A DNA stretch of 64,000 bases, taken from NCBI GenBank assembly GCA_963514005.1, contig OY740790.1:5022001-5086000 (forward strand). The letters run 5' to 3'. Source of the stretch: Raja brachyura (lineage: Eukaryota). The notes under the pieces were generated by a model that worked only from the letters and a program-made list of their open reading frames with translations, was not told where the DNA came from and did no database searches. This document shows, one piece after another, positions 62,902 through 64,000 of the stretch. How positions within the stretch are numbered: position 1 is the first letter of the stretch; every line of letters starts with the position of its first letter. Both the position numbers and the translations under genes were made by a program.

Positions 62902-64000
62902 GTACGTGCATGGCATTCTTCCACGGCTCAGATACTACTTGATAGCAGAGACACAGCATGGAAACAGGCCCTTCGGCCCACTGATTCCACGCCGACCAAC
63001 GATTGGGTAGGATGCACTAGTTCCTGCAATCTAGGGACAATTTACTGAAGCCAATTAACCTGCAATCCCGTATATCTTTGAAGCGTGGGAGGAAAGCGAA
63101 GCACTGTTGGTTTTCGTCAGGGGTTATGGGGAGAAGGCAGGAAAATGGGGTTAGGAGGGAGAGAACGATCGGCCATGATTCAATGACGGATTAAGCTTGA
63201 TGGGCCGAATGGCCTAACTCTGCTTCTATGAACATATGACCACCCGAAGAAATCCCCACGCCGTAAAATTGCGGCAACAAACTCCCCACAGACAGCACCC
63301 ACAGTCAGGATAGAACCTGGGTCTCCAGCGCTGTATGGCAGTAACTCTACCATTGCTGCAGTATATTTGTGACTACTGAATGTAAAAGTTGGAAATCTGA
63401 AAAGTTGAAAAGCCAGGAGCCTGTTTCCGTGCTGTTTAGCTCAAAGTCTACAACAGACCCAAACTTTAACGAGATTCTGATTTCTCTCATAAGGGGCAAG
63501 AGCTAGAGGACATAGAGTGATACAGTGTGGCCCTTTAGCCCATCTTGCCCACACCGGACAACATGTCCCACCTGCCTGCATTCGGCCCATATTATTCCAA
63601 ACATGTCCTATCCATCGACCTGTCCAATTGCTTCTTAAACGTTGCGATAGTCCCTGCCTTAACTTCCTCCTCTGGCAGCTCGTTCCACACACTCACCTCA
63701 ATGTGGGAGGGGAATGATTTAATAGGGACCTGAGGGGCAGCTTTTTCACACAGAGGGTGGTGGGTGTAGTGGTACAGAAGGCTGAGAGGTGATCATATAG
63801 AGGTGTATAAAATCATGAAGGGAATAGAAAGAGTGAATGCAGAGTGTCTTTTACCCAGGGGAGGGAAATCAAGAACCAGAGGACATGGGTTCAAGGTGAG
63901 AGGGGCAAGATTTAATAGGAATCTGGTGGGTGTTGGGGTTTGGGAGTGAGCTGCCAGATGAGATAGTTGTGGCATGAACTAAACAATATTTATAACTCAA

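Overview
This is a vertebrate genomic window, most likely from a cartilaginous fish (skate or ray). That assignment is inferred from the cluster-type IgH organisation, HE1-like SINEs and abundant CR1 LINEs. The minus strand carries an intact-looking, unrearranged IgH minilocus within about 1.6 kb: leader (10166-10211), V (9756-10059), D1, D2 and J (8669-8716). The RSS arrangement is 23 / 12-22 / 12-12 / 23. V and J look IgW-like, and the constant exons are not in the window. About 2.9 kb into the J-C intron lies a ~3.95 kb array of ~190 GAGCTGGGTGCTGGGG(C/T)xx units, densely packed with AGCT/WGCW motifs. It resembles a tetrapod immunoglobulin switch region, which this lineage is thought to lack, and it is the top candidate finding. 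V CDR2 contains a (GAT)n microsatellite encoding [10 protein letters not shown]. Positions 11-55 kb are a transposon mosaic: CR1, Tc1, PIF/Harbinger derivatives, four non-autonomous Helitrons, Penelope-like fragments with hammerhead motifs, and a DIRS element, with an N gap at 45480-45970. Positions 55.5-62.9 kb hold three exon remnants of an RGL1-like pseudogene whose PMDTP motif has expanded into a ~1.6 kb 12-bp repeat. All family assignments come from motif recognition; no searches were run, and TE boundaries are approximate.
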